The notes: generated by a model from the sequence alone, not told the origin. A stretch of 32,000 nucleotides of DNA from Candidatus Saccharimonadota bacterium (GCA_020632335.1 JACKFV010000001.1:300001-332000), one strand, 5' to 3'; shown: positions 7,540 to 15,893, counted from the first letter of the stretch. Translations and numbers: made by a program.

Positions 7540-8273
7540 GCTGTAGGAGGTTGGAGGCGATATTCTACCCGGGTCACGGCCTGCTGGAATGCCTGGCGCA
7601 TCTCCACCGCGTAGGGGTTATAGGTCATCATATCGTGGAAGAGTTGCCAGCTGTCGTTCTGCACATGAGCAAAGGTCTCACAGAGTTTGCGGAATCCTGG
7701 GGTGTCTACGCGCGTCAGGTGCACCTGCAGCTCCTCCGCCAGGCGCCCCACGTAGTGTGTCAGCCCCAGGCTCCATGCAATGGCGCGGTCGTGCTCCTCG
7801 CAGGTCATGGGTTCTACCACCACCTGCATGCGCTGCCAGAACTGCTCATAGGCTGTGGCTACCACGGCTGGCGCGCTGATATTCTCTATCATGATCCGCT
7901 GGCCAAACATCTGTGTGCCGCCCACCGTCCCATCAGGACCAAAGAGCGGGTGGCTCATGAGCAGGGGTTGCCCAGCCGGTAGCGCCTGCTGTGCCCACTG
8001 CAGTGGGAGCATCTTCACACTGGCGATGTCGATGAGGGTCGTCTCGGGGCTGAGCACTGGCGCCAAAGCCTCATAGAGCGGTAGCAGCTGCGATATCGGC
8101 ACGCAGGGCAGGCAGATATCTGCGCCGTCTAGCACCGCAGCGTAGCTCTGGTGGGTGCTGACTGCCGGTAACTGCGAGTCATACACCCTCACCGTAGCCG
8201 CCGGCCAGTAGCGCTGCAGTAGCTGGTACAGCAGCCCCCCCATTCTTCCATGGCCGAGGAGCGCTATTTGCAT
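7536..8273 (-). CDS. prephenate/arogenate dehydrogenase family protein (TyrA-like)
   Basis: N-terminal Rossmann motif IALLGHGRMGG. The segment EEHDRAIAWSLGLTHYVGR resembles the PDH active-site region (HD...SH.PH). The 245-aa ORF overlaps ileS by 10 nt and hisS by 4 nt. Confidence 0.5.
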   Translation of the reverse strand: MQIALLGHGRMGGLLYQLLQRYWPAATVRVYDSQLPAVSTHQSYAAVLDGADICLPCVPISQLLPLYEALAPVLSPETTLIDIASVKMLPLQWAQQALPAGQPLLMSHPLFGPDGTVGGTQMFGQRIMIENISAPAVVATAYEQFWQRMQVVVEPMTCEEHDRAIAWSLGLTHYVGRLAEELQVHLTRVDTPGFRKLCETFAHVQNDSWQLFHDMMTYNPYAVEMRQAFQQAVTRVEYRLQPPTA

Positions 8274-11200
8274 ACTTTTGTCAGGCTAATGCTGAGGCTA
8301 TTGCCGTCTATCTCTAGCAGGTGTTGGCCCGTGCCGGTTGTCCAGCTGCTGGCCAGCACCTCGCTCATAATGCGCTCCTGGTGCTCGCTCAGTACCTCTT
8401 CGAGCACAGGGCTCTCTGTAGCTATGGTGACGTGCACGTGGTCTTCTACGGCAAATCCCTCGCTCTTGCGCAGCTCCTGCACGGCACGAGTGATCTCCCT
8501 GGCCAGCCCCGCACGGTGCAATGCCGGGGTTATCTGGGTATCCAGCACCACCACTATCCCCCTGGAGGAGTCGGCGTCGTAGCCCTCGTTGCACACATAT
8601 TGCACGAGGAACTCCTCTGGCGCCAGTGTGTGCCCCCCCACTACCGCCGTGCCATCTGGCTGCAGCGTATACTGCCCTGCCTTCCCCTGCTGGATCACCT
8701 CCTGCACTGCCCGGCCGAGCCGAGGGCCCACTTTCTTCGCGTCCACAGCGATGATCTGCCGGGCCTTCCCCGCAATATCTCGCACCAGTACTACCTCTTC
8801 TACATTGCATTCGTCGGCCAGTATGGCGGTATCGACCGTCATCCCTTCGGGCAATAGCACCTCCATACGGGCAATCGGCTGCCGCAGTCGTACCCCCGCG
8901 CGTGACCGCACCGCCCCCGCCAGACGCACGATTTCTCGCATTGTGGCCGTGGTAGCCGAGAGCTCCGGCGCGTCATACTGCGGCTGGGGGAGCGGCCAGT
9001 ACTGCCAGTGCACTGACCCCTCCCCCCCCAGGCGCTGCCAGAGGTCCTCGGCGAGGAAGGGCATCACCGGAGCGATCAGCTTGCTCACCGTACGCAGTAC
9101 ATGGTCCAGCGTCTGGTAGCCACTGCGCTTGGCGTCCGTCATGCCACTGGCCCAGAACCGCCGCCGGCTGCGGCGTATGTACCAGTTATTCAGCTGATCG
9201 ATGAAGCCCGAGAGGGCGTTGTAGGCGTGGTCGATCTCATAGCGGTCCAGCCGAGTGGTGAGGTGCCGCGTGAGCTGCTGCAGCTCGCTGAGAATCCAGC
9301 GGTCTAGGTCTGTGGCTGGCTCTGGGAGGAGATACCTCTCCTGGACTTCCGCATTGTGCAGGTGTGGGTAGCGCTGCCGCAGGCCATCCTCCTGCCACTC
9401 CCAGCGCTCTTGTATCCCCCCTATCACCGCATGGCAGGCCACCACCACCCGCTGCCCGGGGTGCTTGGCGGCCGTCTGCACCATCCACTGCTGCACTCGC
9501 TCCCGTACGTCTTCATAGGGTTCTAAGCTCTCGCGTACTCCTGGGGCATGCCGCGGCTGCCGGTTGCCCGTGGGGGTGTAGCGCTCCCGTAGTCGTAGGT
9601 CCGTCTGTATCTCCCCCGTGTAGCCCGTGCCGGATTGCAGTATCTCTGCGGTCTGCACCGTGCGCAGCAGTGGCGAGGCATAGAGCGCGTCTATAGGCCC
9701 CAGTTTGGCAGCCGTAGCAGCTACTTGTTCCCGTCCCTTAGGGGTCAGCGGGTCGTCATTCTCCACCTCTACACTCCAGTAGTCGCGTACATTGCTGTCA
9801 GCCTCCCCGTGCCGCACAAAGAGAAACTGCGTCGGTGCCCAGCCGTCTATGCTGGCGTAGGTCTGGAGGAAACTATACGCCGAGCGCAGCGGCAGCACGA
9901 TGCTCTTCAGCACCTCCTCACAGCCCCTATCGGTAAACGCCGCGTCCTCCCCCCGCACCACCGGCTTGGTCATCATGCTGAAGCGTACCGCGTCTGCTCC
10001 GTACTGCGCAAAGGCCGTCATGGGGTCTTTGTAGTTCTTCTTGCGCTTACTGAGTTTCTTGCCGCCCTCCGCCAGCAGCAGCCCGCTGCACACCGCGTGG
10101 GAGAAAATACTCTCCCCCCACAGCGCCACGCCCAGCACGTGCAGGCTGTAGAACCACGTCCGGGTCTGCTCTATGGCCTCCGCAATGAAGTCTGCCTTGC
10201 GGTAGGTGTCGGTCTCATAGGGGTAGCCCAGGCTGGCATAGGGCATAGACCCGCTCTCAAACCAGCAGTCCAGTACCTCGGGTATGCGCCGCATGGTGCC
10301 GCCCTGCTCGCCCGTCCAGGTCAGGGAGTCGATGGATTCTCGGTGGAGGTCATCTACCGTCTGCCCACTCTTTGCCTCCAGCTCTGCTATCGAGCCGATG
10401 ATCTGCGTTTCGCCCGTTTCCTCACACCGCCACACCGGCATGGGCGTCCCCCAGTAGCGGTTGCGGCTGATGGCCCAGTCTGGCGCGCTGGCAAGGCCAT
10501 TGCCGAATCGCCCGTGCTTCACATGCTCGGGTACCCAGGTGATGGACTCGGCCGCGCGGATCATGGCGGGCTTCAGCTGCTGGACGTCCACAAACCAGGT
10601 CTTGATGGCCCGGTACATGAGCGCGCAGTCAGTGCGGTAGCAGTGCGGGTAGCTGTGGCGTATCTGCTCTCGCCGGTAGAGCTGCCCCCCCGCTTGCAGC
10701 GTAGCCATTACCCAGCGGTTGGCGTTGGCCTCTTTGCTGCCCTCCACCACGGGGTCATCGCGGAAGTATATCCCCTCCAGCGCGGGTATCTCGGCCGTAA
10801 AGTAGCCACTCATGTCTATAGGGTCCACGCCATACACCCCCTGCTCGCGGCAGAGCTCGGCGTCCTCCGCCCCATACGCCGGCGCAAAGTGAACAATCCC
10901 CGTGCCCTGACTGGTCGTTACATAGTCTCCGGCATCATGCAGACATACAAAGGCACGACCATCACTTTTGCTACCAGGCAGCAACTGCAATCCGCTGGCA
11001 AAGTCAAAGAGCGGCGTGTACCCCATACCAGAGAAGTCCCGCCCCAGCTGGGTGCGTTCCACGCGGTAGTCACCCTCAGTGAAGTAGCGAGCTACAGCGT
11101 CTGTTGCCAGCCAGTAGCTCTTGCCATGGTAGTGCACCAGGCTGTACTCCGTATCTCGTCCAAAGCCAAGCGCTCGGTTAGCCGGGAGCGTCCAGGGGGT

Positions 11201-11872
11201 GGTCGTCCAGGCCAGGGCGATGGTGCCATCCTCTAGCAAAAACTCTACTGTGACCGCAGGGTCGTCTATGTCGGCATAGCCTTCATTGGCCTCAAAGTTA
11301 CTCAGCGGACTGCCCAGCTTGGGACTATAGGGGATCACCTTCGTCCCCTCATAGATGTGGCCGCGCTCATAGAGGGTCTGGAACACCCACCATACGCTCT
11401 GCATGTAGCTGGGGTACAGGGTTTTGTAGTCGTTCTGGAAGTCAATCCAGCGGCCCATGCGCTCCACCACGGGCTCCCACGCGGCCTCGCAGCCGTCTAT
11501 TTTAGCCCGGCACAGGCGGTTAAATGCCGGGATGCCAATGCGCTCGATGTCTGGTTTACCAGCCAAACCATGGTCTTTTTGTACCTCAAACTCCACTGGG
11601 ACACCGTGGCAGTCCCACCCGAATCGTCGCTCCACCCGGTAGCCCTGCATAGTCTTGTACCGCGGGATGAGGTCTTTCGTCGTCCCCTGCAGGAGGTGCC
11701 CGTAGTGAGGCGTCCCCGTGGCGAATGGTGGCCCGTCGAGGAAGACAAAAGGGTGACGCGCAGAGCGACTCTCTACGCTGTGGTGGAAGGCATTGAGCCG
11801 CTCCCAGAGCTGCAAGATGCGCTCCTCCTCTGCAGCGATGGAGACCGAGTTGTCATAGGGCCTGAGGCGCAT
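8264..11872 (-). CDS. ileS: isoleucyl-tRNA synthetase (type 2-like) with an inserted histidine-phosphatase domain
   Basis: HIGH motif is PHYGH (residues 55-59). The CP1 editing block is WTTTPWTLPAN. The KMSKS equivalent is KLSKRKKNY (residues 606-614). The anticodon-domain start is DLDRWILSELQQL, followed by NWYIRRSRRRFW. At 1202 aa it is about 150-170 aa longer than the type-2 IleRS I recall. Confidence 0.92.
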   Translation of the reverse strand: MRLRPYDNSVSIAAEEERILQLWERLNAFHHSVESRSARHPFVFLDGPPFATGTPHYGHLLQGTTKDLIPRYKTMQGYRVERRFGWDCHGVPVEFEVQKDHGLAGKPDIERIGIPAFNRLCRAKIDGCEAAWEPVVERMGRWIDFQNDYKTLYPSYMQSVWWVFQTLYERGHIYEGTKVIPYSPKLGSPLSNFEANEGYADIDDPAVTVEFLLEDGTIALAWTTTPWTLPANRALGFGRDTEYSLVHYHGKSYWLATDAVARYFTEGDYRVERTQLGRDFSGMGYTPLFDFASGLQLLPGSKSDGRAFVCLHDAGDYVTTSQGTGIVHFAPAYGAEDAELCREQGVYGVDPIDMSGYFTAEIPALEGIYFRDDPVVEGSKEANANRWVMATLQAGGQLYRREQIRHSYPHCYRTDCALMYRAIKTWFVDVQQLKPAMIRAAESITWVPEHVKHGRFGNGLASAPDWAISRNRYWGTPMPVWRCEETGETQIIGSIAELEAKSGQTVDDLHRESIDSLTWTGEQGGTMRRIPEVLDCWFESGSMPYASLGYPYETDTYRKADFIAEAIEQTRTWFYSLHVLGVALWGESIFSHAVCSGLLLAEGGKKLSKRKKNYKDPMTAFAQYGADAVRFSMMTKPVVRGEDAAFTDRGCEEVLKSIVLPLRSAYSFLQTYASIDGWAPTQFLFVRHGEADSNVRDYWSVEVENDDPLTPKGREQVAATAAKLGPIDALYASPLLRTVQTAEILQSGTGYTGEIQTDLRLRERYTPTGNRQPRHAPGVRESLEPYEDVRERVQQWMVQTAAKHPGQRVVVACHAVIGGIQERWEWQEDGLRQRYPHLHNAEVQERYLLPEPATDLDRWILSELQQLTRHLTTRLDRYEIDHAYNALSGFIDQLNNWYIRRSRRRFWASGMTDAKRSGYQTLDHVLRTVSKLIAPVMPFLAEDLWQRLGGEGSVHWQYWPLPQPQYDAPELSATTATMREIVRLAGAVRSRAGVRLRQPIARMEVLLPEGMTVDTAILADECNVEEVVLVRDIAGKARQIIAVDAKKVGPRLGRAVQEVIQQGKAGQYTLQPDGTAVVGGHTLAPEEFLVQYVCNEGYDADSSRGIVVVLDTQITPALHRAGLAREITRAVQELRKSEGFAVEDHVHVTIATESPVLEEVLSEHQERIMSEVLASSWTTGTGQHLLEIDGNSLSISLTKVCK
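9311..9838 (-). other. histidine-phosphatase (PGAM/His_Phos_1-like) domain inserted in ileS (residues about 679-854)
   Basis: FLFVRHGEADSN, with RHGE encoded at 9803-9814 as CGG CAC GGG GAG. Also LTPKGREQVAA, ASPLLRTVQTAEIL and RVVVACHAVIGG. These are the four conserved blocks of the RHG phosphatase fold in the right order. The segment is in-frame with no stops. Confidence 0.7.
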
Positions 11873-11976
11873 TAGAATGCTATTACCCCGCTACTGTAAA
11901 GACCCATGCAAAAGACGCAAGCCTACGACTCTCTCCAGAACGCTGGTGGCATCACTTCTCCTCTCCTCCGTCTCTG

Positions 11977-12687
11977 ATGCCCCTCTCCCTCCCCCCCTCG
12001 TGGGCAGTGGCGCTGCAGCCCTATGATCTCCCCCAGCTGCTCGCTCCCATAGAACACTTCCTCATCGCAGAGAAAGCCGCCGGGCGCGCCTACCAGCCCG
12101 AGGGTGAAACCATCTTCCGCGCGCTACATATGACTCCCTTCAGCGCCGTGAAGGTCGTCCTCCTCGGCCAAGACCCCTACCCTACCCCCGGCAAGGCCAC
12201 GGGGTTGTGCTTCAGTATGCCACGCAGCTACCCGCTCATTACCTCGCTGAAGAACATCTATACCGAGATAGCGCGCGACACTGGGGCTGCGCTCCCCCCG
12301 CACGGAGACCTCACCTCCTGGGCCGAGCAGGGCGTACTACTGCTAAACACCGCACTGACGGTGCAGCTGCAGCAGCCCCTCAGTCATAGCGTTATCTGGC
12401 AGCCCTTTACCGATGCCTGCATCCGGGCGCTCAGTACCCAGCGCGAGCACCTGGTATTCCTCCTCTGGGGCTCCTCCGCGCAGCGTAAAGCCTCGCTGAT
12501 AGACCCCGAGCAACACCTCATTCTCCGGGCGGTGCACCCGTCGCCCCTCTCGGCACACCGCGGATTTTTCGGCTGTGGGCACTTTTCGGCGTGTAACCGC
12601 TACCTCTTGCGCTGTGGCCAAGACCCCATACACTGGGGCTATGCACCCTCCTCGCCAGACCTCCAGCAACCGGCGCTGCCTCTCTAG
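11977..12687 (+). CDS. ung: uracil-DNA glycosylase, family 1
   Basis: VVLLGQDPYPTPGKATGLCFS (water-activating loop), LLWGSSAQRK, and VHPSPLSAHRGFFGCGHFS (His-containing loop). Confidence 0.9.
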   Translation: MPLSLPPSWAVALQPYDLPQLLAPIEHFLIAEKAAGRAYQPEGETIFRALHMTPFSAVKVVLLGQDPYPTPGKATGLCFSMPRSYPLITSLKNIYTEIARDTGAALPPHGDLTSWAEQGVLLLNTALTVQLQQPLSHSVIWQPFTDACIRALSTQREHLVFLLWGSSAQRKASLIDPEQHLILRAVHPSPLSAHRGFFGCGHFSACNRYLLRCGQDPIHWGYAPSSPDLQQPALPL

Positions 12688-13171
12688 CCTGCTGAGTCTG
12701 CTGAGCCTGACCAGCTGTACCTTCCCTGTCTCTTCTCCGCCTATGAACACCCCACACACCCGCTCCATAGAGACCACCACCGGGCAACGTATACCCCTCA
12801 CCCACCGCATTACCGTGGAGGAGAAAACCTTTGACGTAGCGCTGGCCACCACTGATGCCGAACGCTCCCAGGGCCTCATGCACGTGCCCACACTGCCCGA
12901 GGACACCGGGATGCTCTTTGTCTTTGCGGAGCCAGACATCTACGGCTTCTGGATGAAAAATACGCTCGTGCCGCTCACCGGGGTGTGGATAGACCACGAG
13001 TATGCGGTGGTGGATGTCCTCGACATGCAGCCCTGCACCGCTGACCCCTGCCCCAGCTACGCCCCTGCGCTACCCGCCACACTGGTGCTGGAGCTACCCC
13101 TGGGCGCCATAACCCGCGCTGCCATCGGGCAGAAAATCACGTTGTCAGCTCTCGCTCCGCTGCTAGAGTAG
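12641..13171 (+). CDS. DUF192 (COG1430) family protein, probable lipoprotein
   Basis: GLMHVPTLPEDTGMLFVFAEPDIYGFWMKNTLVPLTGVWID matches the DUF192 core. From ATG 12641 the N-terminus MHPPRQTSSNRRCLSSLLSLLSLTSC looks like a lipoprotein signal with lipobox LTSC. That start overlaps ung by 47 nt. The track ORF begins at 12575. Confidence 0.7.
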   Translation: MHPPRQTSSNRRCLSSLLSLLSLTSCTFPVSSPPMNTPHTRSIETTTGQRIPLTHRITVEEKTFDVALATTDAERSQGLMHVPTLPEDTGMLFVFAEPDIYGFWMKNTLVPLTGVWIDHEYAVVDVLDMQPCTADPCPSYAPALPATLVLELPLGAITRAAIGQKITLSALAPLLE

Positions 13172-13184
13172 CGTTGGCTCTTTT

Positions 13185-13270
13185 GCTCGGGTGGTGGAAC
13201 CGGTAGACACGAGAGACTTAAAATCTCTTGGCCTAGCGCCGTGCGGGTTCGAGTCCCGCCCCGAGCACCA
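13185..13270 (+). tRNA. tRNA-Leu (anticodon UAA), class II long variable arm, CCA encoded
   Basis: Hand-folded. Acceptor GCTCGGG/CCCGAGC. D stem GTG/CAC. Anticodon stem AGAGA/TCTCT with loop CTTAAAA. Variable arm is 14 nt. T arm GCGGG-TTCGAGT-CCCGC. Discriminator A plus CCA. Total 86 nt. Confidence 0.9.
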
Positions 13271-13387
13271 CGCCTAACAGCGGGTAATTGCTGTGCGTGT
13301 GTTGTTCTGGAGTGGTGTATGTACGCAAGAGTGCCAGACCCACCTGCTGCACCACAAAACACATACTCTCCCTCTCAAGTCGCTCCG

Positions 13388-15148
13388 CTAGACGGTTACA
13401 GATTTGGCCAGATTCCGAGGACGATCAGGATTATTCCCTCGCAATGTAGATAAATGATACGCCAGCAACTGCACCGTTATCAAGACCAAAAATGGCTGTA
13501 CCATAGCATTTGCTGAAGGAATGCGAAGCCAGTGCTTTGCGTACTGATGACGGGTATGGGTAATCCCCACGATAACACCACCGCGTGCAGCAGCAATGGT
13601 AGTGTTGTCTCCTGTAGTGACATCATCCCCCAAACTCAACACCGTAAAGCCCTCCTGAAGCAGTGCGAGGGGACCGTGCTTTAGTTCACAGGCGTGCAAA
13701 CCCGATGGATGGATATACGCTACCTCTGCTATCTTGAGTGCTGCTTCCTCCGCAAGTGCTCTGTATACTCCACTGCCAATGATATACAGGTGCTCCGCAG
13801 GTGCTATTTCTCTGGCCACATCAGCTACATACTGGCTAAACTGAGGATTCAGCAGGGCATCGATCTCTCCACTGATAGTTGTCAACTGCTGTAAATATTC
13901 CGGGGTGCCAGCAAGCACATATGCCAGAGCAACCAGGAGTACTAATTGGGCAGTAGCCGCCTTAGTAGAAGCAACGGCAATCTCCTTCTGCATCTGCAGG
14001 TCTACTACCAGATGGCTCATCCGCGCAATACGAGAACGTGGGGTATTGGTAATACAGGCAATACGCGCGCCTTGTGCTGCGGCGTGGAGGAGCGGCTGCA
14101 TCACATCTGCGGTTTCCCCAGACTGGCTGAGCGCGATAACAAGCGTACGATCATCAATACTGTCTCGATACAGATCTGTCTCATAAGCGGGGAAGACCTG
14201 TATTTTCTTCTGGGCTATCTCTGGAGCCAGCTGTGCCATGTACCAGTACCCCGCCTTTGCCATATAGTAGGAGGTCCCACAACCGATAAAAAGCACACGA
14301 TCCGATTCCTGTATCTCCTCCACCAGCAATTGCAATACCGACAGATTCTCCTGTAATACCTTCGGGACAACCCGTTTGGTGTCTTCTAGGATTTCCTTCA
14401 GCATGTGGTAGGAATACCCCTGGAGAGTTGTGGGGGACTCTATAGCGCTCAAAAGAACATCTCTCCGAGGGTTGTCCTCCAAGGTATCTATGCGCTTTAC
14501 CACAATGCGTTGCCCATCTGTAGCTCCCATATCACCATCGTCCAGATAATTAACGGTAGTAGTATAGGACTGAAATGCGAAAGTATCCGATGCGACAAAC
14601 ACCCCCTCAGGCCCCTTCCCCAAGCACAGTGGCGACCGACAAGAAAGAAAATAGAGCTGGTCATCTCCCTCCACCAGTAACACCACCGCATAGCTGCCCT
14701 CCGCCACACTATGAAAGGCCTGTAATGCCCGAAAGGGATCCTCCCCTTGCTGCAGCCGAGCATCTATATACGCCGCCATTACTTCTGTATCCGTCTGGCT
14801 CTGTGGGCAGAATTCTGGTACTTCACCGGCCAGATACTGGTAGTTCTCGAGAATCCCATTATGTACTATGGTTACCCGTCCATAGCGGTGCGGATGGGCA
14901 TTGACGGTACGCACTCCTCCATGTGTTGCCCATCGAGTATGCGCCATTCCGGCTATCCCGGGTAGCGGTGGCAGCTGATGACTGCTCGGCGCTCCGATAT
15001 ATTTCTGTATTGCTACTGTGTCCCCCTGCTGAACCGCTACCCCAAAAGAATCATAGCCCCGATATTCCAGTGCTATCAGCCCCTTATGGAGCTTCTCCAT
15101 CATATGAGGGTCCACAGACCGGGCACGATAAGCCACGATGCCACACAT
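13388..15148 (-). CDS. glmS: glutamine--fructose-6-phosphate aminotransferase (isomerising)
   Basis: True start is MCGIVAY (Ntn catalytic Cys2) at 15148. The track ORF carries a 17-codon upstream extension. SIS-domain block is VIALSQSGETADV. The C-terminus RPRNLAKSVTV is typical of GlmS. GGAG lies 5 nt upstream of the ATG. Confidence 0.92.
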   Translation of the reverse strand: MCGIVAYRARSVDPHMMEKLHKGLIALEYRGYDSFGVAVQQGDTVAIQKYIGAPSSHQLPPLPGIAGMAHTRWATHGGVRTVNAHPHRYGRVTIVHNGILENYQYLAGEVPEFCPQSQTDTEVMAAYIDARLQQGEDPFRALQAFHSVAEGSYAVVLLVEGDDQLYFLSCRSPLCLGKGPEGVFVASDTFAFQSYTTTVNYLDDGDMGATDGQRIVVKRIDTLEDNPRRDVLLSAIESPTTLQGYSYHMLKEILEDTKRVVPKVLQENLSVLQLLVEEIQESDRVLFIGCGTSYYMAKAGYWYMAQLAPEIAQKKIQVFPAYETDLYRDSIDDRTLVIALSQSGETADVMQPLLHAAAQGARIACITNTPRSRIARMSHLVVDLQMQKEIAVASTKAATAQLVLLVALAYVLAGTPEYLQQLTTISGEIDALLNPQFSQYVADVAREIAPAEHLYIIGSGVYRALAEEAALKIAEVAYIHPSGLHACELKHGPLALLQEGFTVLSLGDDVTTGDNTTIAAARGGVIVGITHTRHQYAKHWLRIPSANAMVQPFLVLITVQLLAYHLSTLRGNNPDRPRNLAKSVTV

Positions 15149-15158
15149 AGTGCTCCAT

Positions 15159-15182
15159 AAAAAACAGCGCCAGTGTAGCGCT
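15159..15182 (-). terminator. candidate rho-independent terminator after rpsC, immediately upstream of glmS
   Basis: The minus strand reads AGCGC-tacactg-GCGCT followed by GTTTTTTAT. That is a 5-bp GC stem, a 7-nt loop and a T6 run. It ends about 10 nt before the glmS SD and start. Confidence 0.4.
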
Positions 15183-15234
15183 TTCACAGCAGCACGCAAA
15201 TCCTCTCCAATACAGAGAAAATCGCTTGTGTCTG

Positions 15235-15879
15235 CTACTGGGGGCTTGCGTCGTTCTTAAACACCAGACCGTTGTAGATCCACACCTTCACCCCAATGCT
15301 CCCATAGGTGGTCTCTGCCCGCGCCGTAGCGTAGTCTATATCCGCGCGGAAGGTATGCAGCGGCACCGTCCCAAAGTGCATTTTCTCCTGCCGTGCGATG
15401 TCCGCGCCGTTCAGCCGCCCAGAGATGAGGATCTTCATCCCCTTAGCGCCATTCTCCTGCGCTCGCTGCAGGGCCATCTTCCCTACCCGACGGAAGGGCA
15501 AGCGCCGCTCAATCTGCGACGCGATAGACGCGGCCACCAGCTGCGCATCAGCGTCTGGCTTGCGCACCTCCTTCACCTGGATATCAAAGTGATTTCCGTA
15601 CTCTGCCCGGAGTTTTTGCGTCGTTTCTTTGATCTGCTCACCACTCCGGCCAATCACCATACCCGGCTTCGCGCAGTGCACGATGAGTTTTACGGCGTCT
15701 CCCTGGCGTTCTATCCCTACAGACGACACCTCCGCCTCCGCAAAGGACTTCTCGATAAAGCGTCGCAGCCGCACATCTTGCAGCATTTTGGCCTTGTAGT
15801 CACGGCCAGCAAACCATTTGCTGTCCCACGTACGGGTGATACCAAGGCGAAGGGCGATAGGAGATACTTTTTTTCCCAT
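15235..15879 (-). CDS. rpsC: 30S ribosomal protein S3
   Basis: MGKKVSPIALRLGITRTWDSKWFA..., KH-domain region, and GRLNGADIARQE. 214 aa. Confidence 0.95.
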   Translation of the reverse strand: MGKKVSPIALRLGITRTWDSKWFAGRDYKAKMLQDVRLRRFIEKSFAEAEVSSVGIERQGDAVKLIVHCAKPGMVIGRSGEQIKETTQKLRAEYGNHFDIQVKEVRKPDADAQLVAASIASQIERRLPFRRVGKMALQRAQENGAKGMKILISGRLNGADIARQEKMHFGTVPLHTFRADIDYATARAETTYGSIGVKVWIYNGLVFKNDASPQ

Positions 15880-15893
15880 AGGGTCGTGAGGGT

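Noticed and set aside
9311-9838. The IleRS insertion being an intein or a mobile intervening element.
   Set aside because: It has no intein splice-junction residues (no N-terminal Cys/Ser block, no C-terminal HN followed by Cys/Ser/Thr) and no endonuclease motifs. The sequence instead matches the RHG phosphatase blocks, and its composition equals that of the host gene.
9635-11236. Very long ORFs antisense to real genes. Examples are 9635-11236 (+, 533 aa), 20064-21161 (+, 365 aa), 25650-26807 (-, 385 aa), 29534-30433 and 30503-31453 (+), 5006-5800 (-) and 62-457 (+).
   Set aside because: Each lies entirely opposite a gene with clear family motifs. Their translations are Arg/His/Gly/Pro-rich low-complexity strings with no recognisable domains. 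Long stop-free antisense frames are expected in DNA above 60% GC.
11873-11976. A T-box or other leader upstream of ileS.
   Set aside because: The divergent ileS-ung spacer is only 104 nt. It shows no specifier, T-box sequence or terminator/antiterminator pair.
12689-12706. Tandem 9-bp duplication ctgctgagt/ctgctgagc.
   Set aside because: It simply encodes the Leu/Ser-rich hydrophobic core (LLSLLSL) of the DUF192 protein's signal peptide. It is not a repeat array.
15149-15234. A glmS ribozyme upstream of glmS.
   Set aside because: Only 86 nt separate rpsC from glmS, which is much shorter than the ribozyme. I saw none of the ribozyme's conserved core. The space is filled by a simple hairpin with a T-run.
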